DNA of 62,400 bases from Thermoproteota archaeon (GTDB taxonomy: Archaea > Asgardarchaeota > Jordiarchaeia > Jordiarchaeales > Freyrarchaeaceae): the NCBI GenBank assembly GCA_029258835.1, contig JAPDJY010000037.1, positions 1-62,400 on the forward strand, in the 5' to 3' direction. Positions within the stretch are counted from its first letter, which is position 1; each line of letters starts with the position of its first letter. The position numbers and the translations under genes were made by a program. The notes beneath the pieces were generated by a model. It saw nothing but the letters and a program-made list of their open reading frames with translations. It made no database searches and was not told where the DNA came from. Below are positions 18,417 to 29,684 of this stretch, piece after piece.

Positions 18417-20963
18417 TTGTTTTTCATAGAGGTTGCTGGGCGCGAAGAAGACGTATATGTTGTTGATGTTGACGCGCAGGTTGGCGTCGGGTCTGGCGCC
18501 ATAAGCAAGTCCTATAGCATAGATGAAATACATGACTTAGCTAGGATGCTTGAAGGAGACCTAGCCATCAAAAGCGCCTCCCTTAAACATCCAATCGTAA
18601 GGTTCAGCTCAAGCTTCTTCTTCGAGCTTAGGGAAGATGTAAGTAAGAGAAGCCGCCTCGTAGATGAATTCTTCATTTCACCTTTCGTTACTAAAATTGC
18701 CAGTGGTGGAGGGGACGTAGAATACATAGTTGAAGAGGTTACTAGAAATAACGAACTTGTGTTACGATGGCAGAAAAATGTAAAATTCTTTAACTTTTCC
18801 TCTTTCCGCTACATCCTCCCGGGCGAAGTACCGGATGTCCCCTACCTTGTCCTAGAAGGGTACAGGGGGGCAAGAGTTAAAATCGTTGACTCACCATGGT
18901 TCACGACTCTCTACTCTGACCTCTCTTATGTTAGGATGCCCCTGATCGTAGAGGTTTTCAGCAGGAGGGGGCTTGACCAACTTGAAAGGTTTGTTGAGGG
19001 TAACGAGGTCGGCGGTAAGCTTGAAAACCCTGTGATCGTGATCCCCTACATTAAAGAGACCATAAGACCAGAACTTTACGGTTTCATGGGCGTCGGAAAC
19101 GTCTTCCTCTCCCTCTCCCCAATGCCTCTAACCTTCGTAAAGCAAGTTATTTACAGTTTAAGTGAAATGGAAAAGGAGTGGTTTAAGCGCCTCGTCTTCG
19201 GAACAGGCTTCCCTTACTCCAGCGTTAAGGACGTTGCAAAAACGATCCTGTTCTTTTTAAGTGAGGACTTCCCCGGCGGACTGAGGGAGCTTAGGTGGAT
19301 TATGGGGTTAAACGCCGTCTCCCTCCTCCCCCCCAAAGCGGATCGAAGAGGCGGCGTCGAACAAGAGGACAGATGCTTCATGGTCGATGCTAAAGTTTCT
19401 AAAAAGTTTCTTTCATCTTTTAAAGACGTGATGACGCATGCTTTAAAAAGGGAGTCTATAGCAGTAACCGCATGTGACTACTTAATAGACATGCATCAAG
19501 AAAAAGTGGACTTGGGAAAGTGCTTCATCAACCTTGCTTCCACGAGAGGCGAGAAGAAGGTGGGAAACATACTTGTTTTAGATGGCCGCGACACTTCATC
19601 ACCACTAATGCTACTCTTGCTAAAACTCGAAACAGTCAGAAAAATCAGAAGCAGGTTTACCGAAGACATAGCTAAAACGCCTGAAATCAGAAGCGCGATA
19701 TCACGTGCCGTAAAGGTTTTATCAGAGGAAGACGCCGAGCTAACTCTACAGGAACTCATCAATCACTTTAAAGATACAAGTCTAATCAGCCATGAGGACG
19801 TAAACTTATTTACAATTCACACCTTTCAACTTGGCAGGAAAGTGGCTCAAATGAATGACCAAGACATGCGGCTACTAAACCTTAAAAACGGCGACTTAGC
19901 ATTGGTTAGGGTAACCCTAACCGGAGACTGGTATGTTGTCCCGGTCGCATCGGGAGAAGACGTTCTCGGAGGAGAACTTCACGTAGACGAAGGAGTAATC
20001 AACAACTGGTATGTTTTTGATGGCGACACTGTACATGTTGAAAAGTTTGAGGGAAACGTGCCAATGTTAGAAGAAGTCAGCTTCGTGGTCGAGGAGAATG
20101 AGGGGAGAATAGGCAACGTTGAGGAGGTTCTCGAAGACGCCCTAGACGGTATCATAGTCGGCAAAAACTCTAGGTTTGTCTTACCTGAAACAGAAAGGAT
20201 ACCTCCTGTAGCGATCGTAGCCAGCATGGACCCAGAGTTTTCCACAGTCGGATTAGTTAAGAAAGGGAAGACAAGGGTGCGTGTCGTCTCAAAGTCCGCC
20301 TTAAAACCATATAATATGATTTTCGCCATAGACCTCTCAGAAAACATGGGTAAAGGATCTTTACCTCTTAAAGACCGAGGCTTGCTCAACGAATTGAAGT
20401 CTCTTGCACCTTCAAGGATAGACCTATTAGAGGGCGAATTTATTAGACGGAACATAGGTGCTGCCCTTATATCCTGTTGCCTGCTTACAAGGGCAGCCAA
20501 GCTAAGCCGTCTACGTAAGATATTCTCTATAACGTACTCGAAGGAGGCAAGCTTATTCTCAATCCTTGAACGGCGAAGGATATCTCCCTACTTAGAGCTA
20601 ACCCCGCAAAAGAAAAACATCGTGTTGAAGGTTTTATCATCACATATATTTGACAAGTGTAGGGAGCCGGGAGTGGGAAAGGGGGACCTAACTGGAGCCT
20701 TAGAAAAAATAAGAGAAATATTAGAGAACTTAAAGGAAAGTAACCCAGTAGTGGTCCTCTTCATGATCCCCCAGGAAAATGTTGATGAAACGCTTAAAGC
20801 AGTTTCCCCATTAAAAAATGACAGCCGCGTCAGATCCGCTTTGGTATGTCTAGGAGGTGACGGTGTTCAAGAGGTTGAAGAAGGGAATTGTATTTACGTG
20901 AATGAAATCAGCGTAGCCGCCCTTGATCGGCTAGTAGACATGATTCTCGGCCTGATAGAATAA
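18417..20963 (+). CDS. Large multidomain hypothetical protein (degenerate amidohydrolase-like, CDC48-N-like and vWA-like regions)
   Basis: 848-aa ORF; RLVFGTGFPY and IMGLNAVSLL, DMRLLNLKNGDLALV, IFAIDLSENM. Confidence 0.55.
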   Translation: MFFIEVAGREEDVYVVDVDAQVGVGSGAISKSYSIDEIHDLARMLEGDLAIKSASLKHPIVRFSSSFFFELREDVSKRSRLVDEFFISPFVTKIASGGGDVEYIVEEVTRNNELVLRWQKNVKFFNFSSFRYILPGEVPDVPYLVLEGYRGARVKIVDSPWFTTLYSDLSYVRMPLIVEVFSRRGLDQLERFVEGNEVGGKLENPVIVIPYIKETIRPELYGFMGVGNVFLSLSPMPLTFVKQVIYSLSEMEKEWFKRLVFGTGFPYSSVKDVAKTILFFLSEDFPGGLRELRWIMGLNAVSLLPPKADRRGGVEQEDRCFMVDAKVSKKFLSSFKDVMTHALKRESIAVTACDYLIDMHQEKVDLGKCFINLASTRGEKKVGNILVLDGRDTSSPLMLLLLKLETVRKIRSRFTEDIAKTPEIRSAISRAVKVLSEEDAELTLQELINHFKDTSLISHEDVNLFTIHTFQLGRKVAQMNDQDMRLLNLKNGDLALVRVTLTGDWYVVPVASGEDVLGGELHVDEGVINNWYVFDGDTVHVEKFEGNVPMLEEVSFVVEENEGRIGNVEEVLEDALDGIIVGKNSRFVLPETERIPPVAIVASMDPEFSTVGLVKKGKTRVRVVSKSALKPYNMIFAIDLSENMGKGSLPLKDRGLLNELKSLAPSRIDLLEGEFIRRNIGAALISCCLLTRAAKLSRLRKIFSITYSKEASLFSILERRRISPYLELTPQKKNIVLKVLSSHIFDKCREPGVGKGDLTGALEKIREILENLKESNPVVVLFMIPQENVDETLKAVSPLKNDSRVRSALVCLGGDGVQEVEEGNCIYVNEISVAALDRLVDMILGLIE

Positions 20964-21068
20964 ACGGTGATCCAGTTTAGTGGCTTTCATACGATGTTGC
21001 TTACTAAAGAAAAGTTTATCCAACTGTTCATGCATATTAACTTTAGAGCCATCTTGTGTGGGTTGAAT

Positions 21069-22139
21069 ATGTCAAGCGGCTCTGAAGTAGAATTTGAACC
21101 CTGGAGTCGAAGGTCAATCATTGCTGGAAGCTCCTACGCCGTCCAGATAGGGAAGGTTAATGGTGAGTGGGCTGTTTGCATCTACAGAGGGAGAGAGGTT
21201 GTAGGAGTTAGAAAAACAGGTACGCTCGACATCAACGTTCTTACCTCTGTGGTTTACAATAGCATGGCGCTTCCAATGTCACATTACAGCATAATGAGAG
21301 CCCTAAGTAACTTAATAGTGGAAGCTAAAACTAGAAATCGGCCTATAACGGCTGAAGCCCCCCCAAGACCCGCCTCAGAGCCTGCTCCTCAGCCTCCTTC
21401 ACAGCTAGGGGAGGCGGCTGCCGCCGTTCAGCCGCAACCATTAGAGCAAACAGCGGATGTGCAGCCTCCACCAGCTCCTAAAATTAAGATCGAAGAGGCG
21501 GAAGGGGAAGCGCCTAGTCCCGTGGCCGAAGTTAGCGAAGGCATGGAGTCTGTTGGGGAAAGCTTTTACGAGTTCTTTAAAAGAAGCGAGCTTATTGAGG
21601 AAGAAACCAAAGCTGCTGAGCAGCTGGTTGAGGAGGAAACTGGAAAAATAGAGCTTAAATTAGAGGACATCCCTCTTCCGGAAAGGTGGAATAGGAGTAT
21701 TTCGAGCCTTCTCCTTCTCTGGGGTATTTCGGTCTCGTTCATCATGGAGAAAACAAAGAAGAAGGCTGATGAATTGTGGAGCTACTACAGGGATCTGATT
21801 AGGAAGTCTTGGAGTAAGGTGAAAGAGAAAAGCTTTGAAAATGTGGTGAAGCTCTTCATGCATCAGTGCCGGTTGATAGGTGCAGAATACGATGTTAAAG
21901 AGTTTACGAGCAGAAGCTTCAAGGCGGAAATAAAATGTTTAGGGTCAGCGTTTAAGGAGAGATATAAGGGACTCCTCAATCTTCCGTCAGAGTTCCCATG
22001 CATAATATGTAAAATGCGAGGCGAGGAAATAGGGAAGCTATATGGTTTCACCGTCACCGTCGACGAGGCAGATGGTGGATGTAAAGTGAGGATGCAGGCT
22101 CCTCCCAAGGAGAGAGGCGAGGAACCAATTATCATTTAA
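21069..22139 (+). CDS. Hypothetical protein with Pro/Glu-rich linker and Cys-containing V4R-like C-terminal domain
   Basis: Long ORF; PRPASEPAPQPP linker; C-terminal KC...FPCIIC...GGCKV. Confidence 0.55.
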   Translation: MSSGSEVEFEPWSRRSIIAGSSYAVQIGKVNGEWAVCIYRGREVVGVRKTGTLDINVLTSVVYNSMALPMSHYSIMRALSNLIVEAKTRNRPITAEAPPRPASEPAPQPPSQLGEAAAAVQPQPLEQTADVQPPPAPKIKIEEAEGEAPSPVAEVSEGMESVGESFYEFFKRSELIEEETKAAEQLVEEETGKIELKLEDIPLPERWNRSISSLLLLWGISVSFIMEKTKKKADELWSYYRDLIRKSWSKVKEKSFENVVKLFMHQCRLIGAEYDVKEFTSRSFKAEIKCLGSAFKERYKGLLNLPSEFPCIICKMRGEEIGKLYGFTVTVDEADGGCKVRMQAPPKERGEEPIII

Positions 22140-22142
22140 GCT

Positions 22143-23339
22143 TCAACCACTTCTTTTCCTTTTCATAAATTCCTCTAACCTGTTAAACGCTTCCTCTAAG
22201 ATATCCACTGTTGGGAGGAAAACCATCCTAAAGTGCCATCCCCCATTCTCCCCAAAACCTGACCCATTAACCAGGAGTACGCCCGCGTCGTTAAGCACCT
22301 CAATGACAAACTCTAAGTCGTCTCTCCACTTTCTAAGGTTTATCCTCGGGAAGACGTAGAATGCCCCACGGGGCTCCTCACAGTGGAATTCGTGGATCTC
22401 GCTTAAACGTTTAAAGGTGTAATCTCTCCTTTCCCTCAGCGCGGAAACGAGTTCCTTAACGTGTTCTTTTGAACCATTAAGTGCTGCCGCCCCTGCCACT
22501 TGAGCTGGAACATTAACTGAAAGCCTCACCCGTGCTCCCTTCACAACTCCCTCCTTCACATCCTGAATGACTCCTTCTGGATCATGAAAGTAAACATACC
22601 CCAGTCGCCATCCAGGAACCAGGTAAGTCTTAGAGAGCCCATTGAGACCTATTACAGGTACGTCTTCAGCAAGCGACGCGGCACTTCTAAACCTCCCCTC
22701 ATAAACTATTTGGTCGTAGATCTCGTCGGAGACTATGGGGACGCCATACTCCCCCGCCACATCTACTATTTCCTTAACCCTCCTCTCAGGGTAAACTGAA
22801 CCGCATGGATTATTAGGGTTGATTAAGAAGACAGCCTTAACATTTTCATCCATCTTACTCCTCAGGTCGTCCACGTCAGGCGTCCACCCCTCATCCTCCA
22901 AGCAGCTATAAGTTCTAATCCCAACCCCGTTGAGGGCTGCGTAGGATCTGTAAGGTGGATAGGTGGGGTCTGGAAGCAGTACTTCGTCGCCTGGATCCGC
23001 TAACGCTTGCATTACAAGCTGTATTCCCTCTGAGACCCCCGCTGTAGCTATCACATCATCAGGAGTTATACTAGTCACCTCGTTAACTTCCCTCTCTTTC
23101 CTGCAGACAGCTTCTCTAAATTCAGGGATGCCCTCCGAGGGGGCATACCCGGCACTCCTCTCCATCACAGCTTTAACCATGGCCTCCCTCACGTGGCTTG
23201 GCACCTCGAAGAAGGGTGCAGGGTCGCCTATGTTCAAGTAAATGATCTTCCGCCCTTTCTCCTCCAAGCGCTTAGCATGAACTATAAGATCCCTTATCGC
23301 ATATTTCACACGCGAAATCCTCTCGCTAGCCTTCCCCAC
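22143..23339 (-). CDS. PLP-dependent aminotransferase class I/II (alanine aminotransferase-like)
   Basis: YAIRD, LNIGDP, INPNNPCG, DEIY, SKTYLVPGWRLG. Confidence 0.92.
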   Translation of the reverse strand: MGKASERISRVKYAIRDLIVHAKRLEEKGRKIIYLNIGDPAPFFEVPSHVREAMVKAVMERSAGYAPSEGIPEFREAVCRKEREVNEVTSITPDDVIATAGVSEGIQLVMQALADPGDEVLLPDPTYPPYRSYAALNGVGIRTYSCLEDEGWTPDVDDLRSKMDENVKAVFLINPNNPCGSVYPERRVKEIVDVAGEYGVPIVSDEIYDQIVYEGRFRSAASLAEDVPVIGLNGLSKTYLVPGWRLGYVYFHDPEGVIQDVKEGVVKGARVRLSVNVPAQVAGAAALNGSKEHVKELVSALRERRDYTFKRLSEIHEFHCEEPRGAFYVFPRINLRKWRDDLEFVIEVLNDAGVLLVNGSGFGENGGWHFRMVFLPTVDILEEAFNRLEEFMKRKRSG

Positions 23340-23391
23340 GTTTAATACTCCCTCCAGTCAGGGTTTTATGAATCCCTAAAAATAATGCACC

Positions 23392-24840
23392 TCATACAGG
23401 TTTAAGTGTTCTCAGGAAATGTTCCAATGGCCCTTTAAACCCTAGGTCTCTCGCTTGCCTCTTGGTGAACCCTCTTTCAGACGCTATCCTCCTGAGAAGT
23501 TTGTCGACGCCAGAGCCATACTGCATCGCCAGCTTATCCCTCTCCACCACCGATTTAGGGACGGAAAAGCACCTGGCAATCTTCCTTAAAACAAGTTTCC
23601 TGACGTATTTCCCTCTAACATTGGAAATTTTAAGTTGCGGCGGAACCCTTACTGCATAGTCGATAACATCCCCATCAAGAAACGGCCTCCTCAGAAAAAC
23701 TCCGAGGGAGCTTGCTACCTCTTCCTCACGTATGAGATCCTTCTCGGCAAGTCCCTCCAACGCATCCACTAGGACGTTATGCAACGCATCATATCCCCTC
23801 TCCTCCAGCACTGTTATGTACCTAGCATATCCGCCGAAGCCCTCATCCGCCCCTGTCCCAAGTAAAGCGTAAGGTACACCATCTCTTCTTGCAGCCTTCA
23901 ACGCGAAGAAAAGAGGAATCGAGAGTTCCACGTCTAGAACGTTGCATCCCACCAAACTCACTATTTCTGGAAGAACCTTCTCAACGTCTTCTGCAGAGAA
24001 CGTTTCCACCTTTAACTCTAACCCCATCTTATCAGCTGTGGAGGCAGCATTTTCCACGTCCTTCCCTGATTCAACCCCTGAACAGTAAAGTCGAGGCTTC
24101 AGCCCCAACTCGTCAAGCACCTTCACTATTATCGTGCTGTCAAGCCCCCCAGAAAAAAGCACGCCTAAGCGTCCCTTACACCGTCTCGAAACAGCATTCC
24201 GAATTAGCTTCGAAAGCTCATTCACAGCTTTATCCAAGCTAATTTTTTCATCGTAATTTCGCGGTAAAGGAGGGTAAACTCCTTTAATGCTCACCCTACC
24301 CTGTGAAACCCTTAAAATAGATCCAGCAGGGGCTGGCTTAACCTTCAAGCCTAGCCTTTCTCCACCCCTCAACCTACCCGTGAAGACAGTCATGTCATTC
24401 CTTGTACCCCAATATAATGCTTTGCACCCAAACCTGTCCCTTACCGCTATGAGCTCGCTCTCTTTAAGGATTAAGGACGCAAAGTTCCCTTCTAATGATT
24501 TTAATCCTTCCTCAAGGTCACCAAGTCGTCCTACATTATCAACTAGGAAACGTTCAAAACCAGATTCTCCGCCGCCAAGCCGTCCCCCATAAACTTCACC
24601 ATTAACTACTGACACGCTTCCCCCCTGAACATGGTAGGATACCCCCTCACCTAGGAGGGCAACTCCCACACCGCCCTTAGCCTTCTCGATTGGAGCATTC
24701 CTCACTTTCCCTGAGAAAATCTCGCCTTTGGAGGAGGCGAAGAACGCTTGCTCCTCCTCACGGAGGATAAGCGCCTCCGCTAACACCTGAAAAACATTAA
24801 TTTCCTTTTCGGAGCAAACGCCGGCTATCACCATCAGCAT
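23392..24840 (-). CDS. Asparagine synthetase B-like protein with degenerate glutaminase domain
   Basis: FSGGLDS, GTGADEGFGGY, PFLD, KLAMQYGSG; N-terminal Cys absent. Confidence 0.8.
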   Translation of the reverse strand: MLMVIAGVCSEKEINVFQVLAEALILREEEQAFFASSKGEIFSGKVRNAPIEKAKGGVGVALLGEGVSYHVQGGSVSVVNGEVYGGRLGGGESGFERFLVDNVGRLGDLEEGLKSLEGNFASLILKESELIAVRDRFGCKALYWGTRNDMTVFTGRLRGGERLGLKVKPAPAGSILRVSQGRVSIKGVYPPLPRNYDEKISLDKAVNELSKLIRNAVSRRCKGRLGVLFSGGLDSTIIVKVLDELGLKPRLYCSGVESGKDVENAASTADKMGLELKVETFSAEDVEKVLPEIVSLVGCNVLDVELSIPLFFALKAARRDGVPYALLGTGADEGFGGYARYITVLEERGYDALHNVLVDALEGLAEKDLIREEEVASSLGVFLRRPFLDGDVIDYAVRVPPQLKISNVRGKYVRKLVLRKIARCFSVPKSVVERDKLAMQYGSGVDKLLRRIASERGFTKRQARDLGFKGPLEHFLRTLKPV

Positions 24841-24903
24841 CCCCCTGAAACCAATAATCTTTATATTTGTTTTTTATAAGGCTGTTCTATCGTCCCTCTA
24901 GAG

Positions 24904-26223
24904 GTGTGGTTTTTGTCGAGAGAACATGTTGTGAAGGAGTTAAGGGAGCACAAGGGACTATACCTTCCAAATTACAAGCAAAATATTTTCTCGGTAGTGC
25001 CGACGGCGCTACGCTTCCTAGACGTGGATGTTAACCGGCAAACGCTGCTCAACACGCGTTCCCTTAAAAGAGTTTTCGAAGACACGTGCTGCATGGACGC
25101 TGAAAACGTGGTATGCCTCGTAGTGGACTCTGTTGGTGTTCATCAGCTTCCCTGCTTCACCCATTTATTTGATGCTTGGAGCAGCCTTGGACGGCTTAAA
25201 TTGTCCTCTGTTTTCCCAACAATAACGTCAGCCGCCATAGTTTCGATCCACTTCGGAATCCCCCCGGAAAGGCATGGAATCGTGGGGCATAAGGTGCGGT
25301 TTAAACAGCTTGGAACAGTGGTTGACACGCTCAAAATGGCGTCAGTAAAATCCCTATCCGTTGACAGGCTCGTGAAAAGCGGAATCGACGTGAGGGTTCT
25401 ACTGCTTGAAAACGGCTTCTACGATGAACTCAAAAATAAGGAGGTCGCCCACGTTGAGTTAATGCCATCCGACATAGCCGGCACAGGCTTATCTCATCTT
25501 CTTGAAGTAGAAGATGTAACGGTTGGCTTTAGCAACGTTGTAGACGCCTTCTCAACCCTGCGCAAAGTCCTAGACAAGTTTGAAGGGAAGAAAAAGATAG
25601 TTAACGTTTACTTTGGCCTGATGGACGACATAAGCCATAAGTATGGTCCTTTAAGCGAAGAGTACAGGTTAGCCGCCCACCACGTGGAGGAGGTCTTCAC
25701 CCACTTCCTCAAGGGTCTAAGCGGTAAAACCGAGAGGACCGTGTTCCTCTTCTTCAGCGACCACGGCCAAGGGCAAGTCCACGAGGAGAAAACCGTTAAA
25801 GTTTCAGAGGATGACGCTGAGGATGTTTCGCGCTTCATGGAGTCCCCCCCGGGAAGGTCGGGCAGGGTCTGCCACTTCTATGTTAAGGAAGGTGAGGAGG
25901 AGAGGGTTAAGGATTGGATTGAAGGGAAAGTTGGGGAAAACGGGGTGGTATTATCGTTCGAAGAACTATGCAGAAGTTTTAACCTTCAGGTTAAAGGCAA
26001 AAACAGGGAAGAGTTGAAGTCTAGGATGGGAAACCTAGTGCTAGTTTTGAAGGGTGAGGCAGAACTTAAATTTCAGAGAAAAGAAAAAGAAGAAAAGGAA
26101 AAAATAGTTGAAGAGAAGTGGCGCGGCTCCCACGGATCGACTACGCTCAATGAAATCCTGGTTCCCCTGATAGCCGCGAGAGGCGACGTACTAAAAGAAG
26201 TGTTAGGAGTGAGGAGTCGTTGA
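24904..26223 (+). CDS. Alkaline phosphatase superfamily (nucleotide pyrophosphatase-like) protein
   Basis: VVDSVG, SVFPTIT, DDISHKYGP, SDHGQ, GSHGS. Confidence 0.85.
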   Translation: MWFLSREHVVKELREHKGLYLPNYKQNIFSVVPTALRFLDVDVNRQTLLNTRSLKRVFEDTCCMDAENVVCLVVDSVGVHQLPCFTHLFDAWSSLGRLKLSSVFPTITSAAIVSIHFGIPPERHGIVGHKVRFKQLGTVVDTLKMASVKSLSVDRLVKSGIDVRVLLLENGFYDELKNKEVAHVELMPSDIAGTGLSHLLEVEDVTVGFSNVVDAFSTLRKVLDKFEGKKKIVNVYFGLMDDISHKYGPLSEEYRLAAHHVEEVFTHFLKGLSGKTERTVFLFFSDHGQGQVHEEKTVKVSEDDAEDVSRFMESPPGRSGRVCHFYVKEGEEERVKDWIEGKVGENGVVLSFEELCRSFNLQVKGKNREELKSRMGNLVLVLKGEAELKFQRKEKEEKEKIVEEKWRGSHGSTTLNEILVPLIAARGDVLKEVLGVRSR

Positions 26224-26930
26224 CTCACCCCCTATTCTCCGTTGTGATCCCAACGTATAACGAGGAGAGGTACCTTCCACTATGCCTAAACTCGGTCCTA
26301 AACCAAACGATGCCGAGGGAAAAATACGAGATAATAATAGTCGACGGGTACAGTGAAGATAACACGGTTAAGATAGCCGAGGAGAAAGCCGACAAAGTTA
26401 TCTTGTCGGAGAAGAGGGGGCCAGGAGACGCCAGAAATAAGGGAGGAAGAGCTGCTAGGGGAAAGATACTTCTCTTCCTGGACGCCGACACGGTCATCTC
26501 TAGGTCCCTCATGGAGAAGGTTTACGTCGCCTTTTCAGATCCCCGAGTGGTAGGCGGAACCTGCGACATTTACCCGTTGGAACGGGATAGCCGCGGGTAT
26601 GCCCTCTACTCCACGATAAACCTTCTTTATAGGGTGTTATACGCGGCGGGCTTCCCCCACGCCCAAACAAAATGCTGCTTTTACCTACGTAAAACCTTCT
26701 TGGAGGCTGGAGGATTCAAGGAGACGCTGATTGTAGCCGAGGATCAAGAGCTTGCGTGGCGCATGTCAAGGAAGGGAAGAATGGTTTACGTTAAGGACGC
26801 TGCAGCCTACTCCTCCATGAGACGTGAAAGGAGCATGGGATACGCCAGGGTTACCTGGGAATGGGTGAAGAACTACCTTATGGCCCTTATAATGGAAACG
26901 TCTCAAAGGGTATGGGAGCCTATAAGGTGA
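26220..26930 (+). CDS. Glycosyltransferase family 2
   Basis: SVVIPTYNEE, VDGYSED, ARNKG, FLDAD. Confidence 0.92.
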   Translation: MTHPLFSVVIPTYNEERYLPLCLNSVLNQTMPREKYEIIIVDGYSEDNTVKIAEEKADKVILSEKRGPGDARNKGGRAARGKILLFLDADTVISRSLMEKVYVAFSDPRVVGGTCDIYPLERDSRGYALYSTINLLYRVLYAAGFPHAQTKCCFYLRKTFLEAGGFKETLIVAEDQELAWRMSRKGRMVYVKDAAAYSSMRRERSMGYARVTWEWVKNYLMALIMETSQRVWEPIR

Positions 26931-26940
26931 GGCGTTCACG

Positions 26941-27543
26941 TTGAGCATAGTGGACATGCACGTTCACACAAAGTACTCTCCGTGCTCCCGAACTAAAGTA
27001 TCAGACTTGCTCCTGAAGGCGGCGGACTTGCAGGTGGGCATAGCGATTACAGACCACGACACCATTAAGGGGGCGCTAAAGGCTAAAGAGCTGTCTAGAA
27101 AGTACGACGTCAAAGTATTCGTAGGCTGCGAGATATCCAGCAGGGAAGGACAGATACTAGCTTATGGGCTAACGGAGCCCATTCCATCATATCTACCAGC
27201 CGAGTTAACCATAGACCTCATACATGAGCAGGGGGCAGTCGCCGTTGCAGCCCACCCGTTCCGCACGGACAGGGAAAGCCTCCTTGAAAAAGTGTACCAT
27301 CTCCCCCTAGACGGAGTGGAAGTACTGAACCTTGCCGGTGGAGGGGTAAGTAGGGAAGCAGAGCTTGTAGCCGCTCAGAGAGGGCTCGCCCAGACAGGTG
27401 GAAGCGACGCCCACACCCTGCAACTCGTCGGAAGAGCCGGCACGCTTTTCCCATGCCAAGTGGAGTGTGAAGACGACATAATAAAGGCGATCAAGAAAAG
27501 AGATTGCAAGCCTGTCCGGCTATGGAGAACCACTAGCACGTAG
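26941..27543 (+). CDS. PHP-domain phosphoesterase
   Basis: DMHVHT, ITDHD, AHPF, GGSDAH. Confidence 0.9.
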   Translation: MSIVDMHVHTKYSPCSRTKVSDLLLKAADLQVGIAITDHDTIKGALKAKELSRKYDVKVFVGCEISSREGQILAYGLTEPIPSYLPAELTIDLIHEQGAVAVAAHPFRTDRESLLEKVYHLPLDGVEVLNLAGGGVSREAELVAAQRGLAQTGGSDAHTLQLVGRAGTLFPCQVECEDDIIKAIKKRDCKPVRLWRTTST

Positions 27544-28065
27544 CCTGGCCTCACAAGCAAGCCTCCTCCCCCAACCGTCAAGCCTCCTCCACCATGAAGG
27601 CCACCCTGTTTTCGCAACCCTCAACCTTCTCTCCGGGTCTTCATAAACCCATCTTAGGAGACTTATAAACCTCTCCCTCCCGCTTTTAATGGTAAGCAGC
27701 CCCCTAGGAACCCCTAAACTAGCTAAGTGTTCAAGGTATGCCCCCTCAACTAGGAGTTGAAGGTCTCCTTCAACTCTAACGCATTCAACCTTAAACTCCC
27801 TAGAAAGCCACACCCTAGCAAGCTTTAAGACGTCCCCCCTACACACCTGAACCCGCTCCCCCCTCCTCACCTTAAGCCTTCTGAAGGCCTCCAAAACTAT
27901 CCGGGCAGCCTCCTCCAGATACCTTCTCTCCCTGAAGAGCGGCTCCTGGAAATATCGAACCGGAACCACCCCCGATACGAACTCTCGGCTCTCAACCCTT
28001 AAAACACCTATGACGCATCCGCCTACAGGATCCCCTGTTCCCGCGTCATCAACCATCACGGTCAA
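27520..28065 (-). CDS. Hypothetical protein, possibly RNase H-like fold
   Basis: N-terminal VDDAGTGDPVGG resembles the RNase HII DEAGRG motif. Confidence 0.5.
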   Translation of the reverse strand: MTVMVDDAGTGDPVGGCVIGVLRVESREFVSGVVPVRYFQEPLFRERRYLEEAARIVLEAFRRLKVRRGERVQVCRGDVLKLARVWLSREFKVECVRVEGDLQLLVEGAYLEHLASLGVPRGLLTIKSGRERFISLLRWVYEDPERRLRVAKTGWPSWWRRLDGWGRRLACEARLRASGSP

Positions 28066-28109
28066 CCCCTACCATCCTCCATCACGCTTTTTAGTAAGAA
28101 AAAATATAA

Positions 28110-29147
<1,038 letters not shown>

Positions 29148-29246
29148 CCTCTAACCCTCACGCCTTTTATCCTTTACATTCAACTTAAATTTTTTATAAT
29201 GCTTAGAGTCCTCATCGCTCCGCTAAGAAACGGAAGTTCTTCTCTT

Positions 29247-29684
29247 TTATTTCTCTAATAATTCTGCTTTTGAAACGTAGCAGCATGTTTTTTCTGGCCC
29301 GTTAAGTAGCATTGGTATTTTGTTGATGACTTCTCTTCCGGCTAATAGTTTGCCTTCTCCAAGCCTTGGCGTCTCCACAAACGTTTCAAGTTCAACCCCT
29401 ACCTTCGGAAGCGTTAGGGTTGCCCTCGCCCTCCGCATTACTATCTCCCCGGTTAACGTCCTGTAAACTCTGAATGCAGATTCTGGAAGCTCCCCTAGCA
29501 TGAACATTTCATAGTGTCGCCTAGTTAGAAGGATTGATCCTGAGAAGCCGGTATCAATGTTTAGCCTTAGCACTCCCTTTTCGGGAACCCTTCTCCCATC
29601 AACCGACACGAGTACTACGTCTATTTTCGGCATGTCTCCATCGTAACTCCAGCATTCAACTACTCTAAAGATCCCCCTAGCCAT
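29247..29684 (-). CDS. Clan AA (retropepsin-like) aspartic protease
   Basis: IDTGFSG catalytic motif and LLAGR flap-like motif. Confidence 0.8.
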   Translation of the reverse strand: MARGIFRVVECWSYDGDMPKIDVVLVSVDGRRVPEKGVLRLNIDTGFSGSILLTRRHYEMFMLGELPESAFRVYRTLTGEIVMRRARATLTLPKVGVELETFVETPRLGEGKLLAGREVINKIPMLLNGPEKTCCYVSKAELLEK

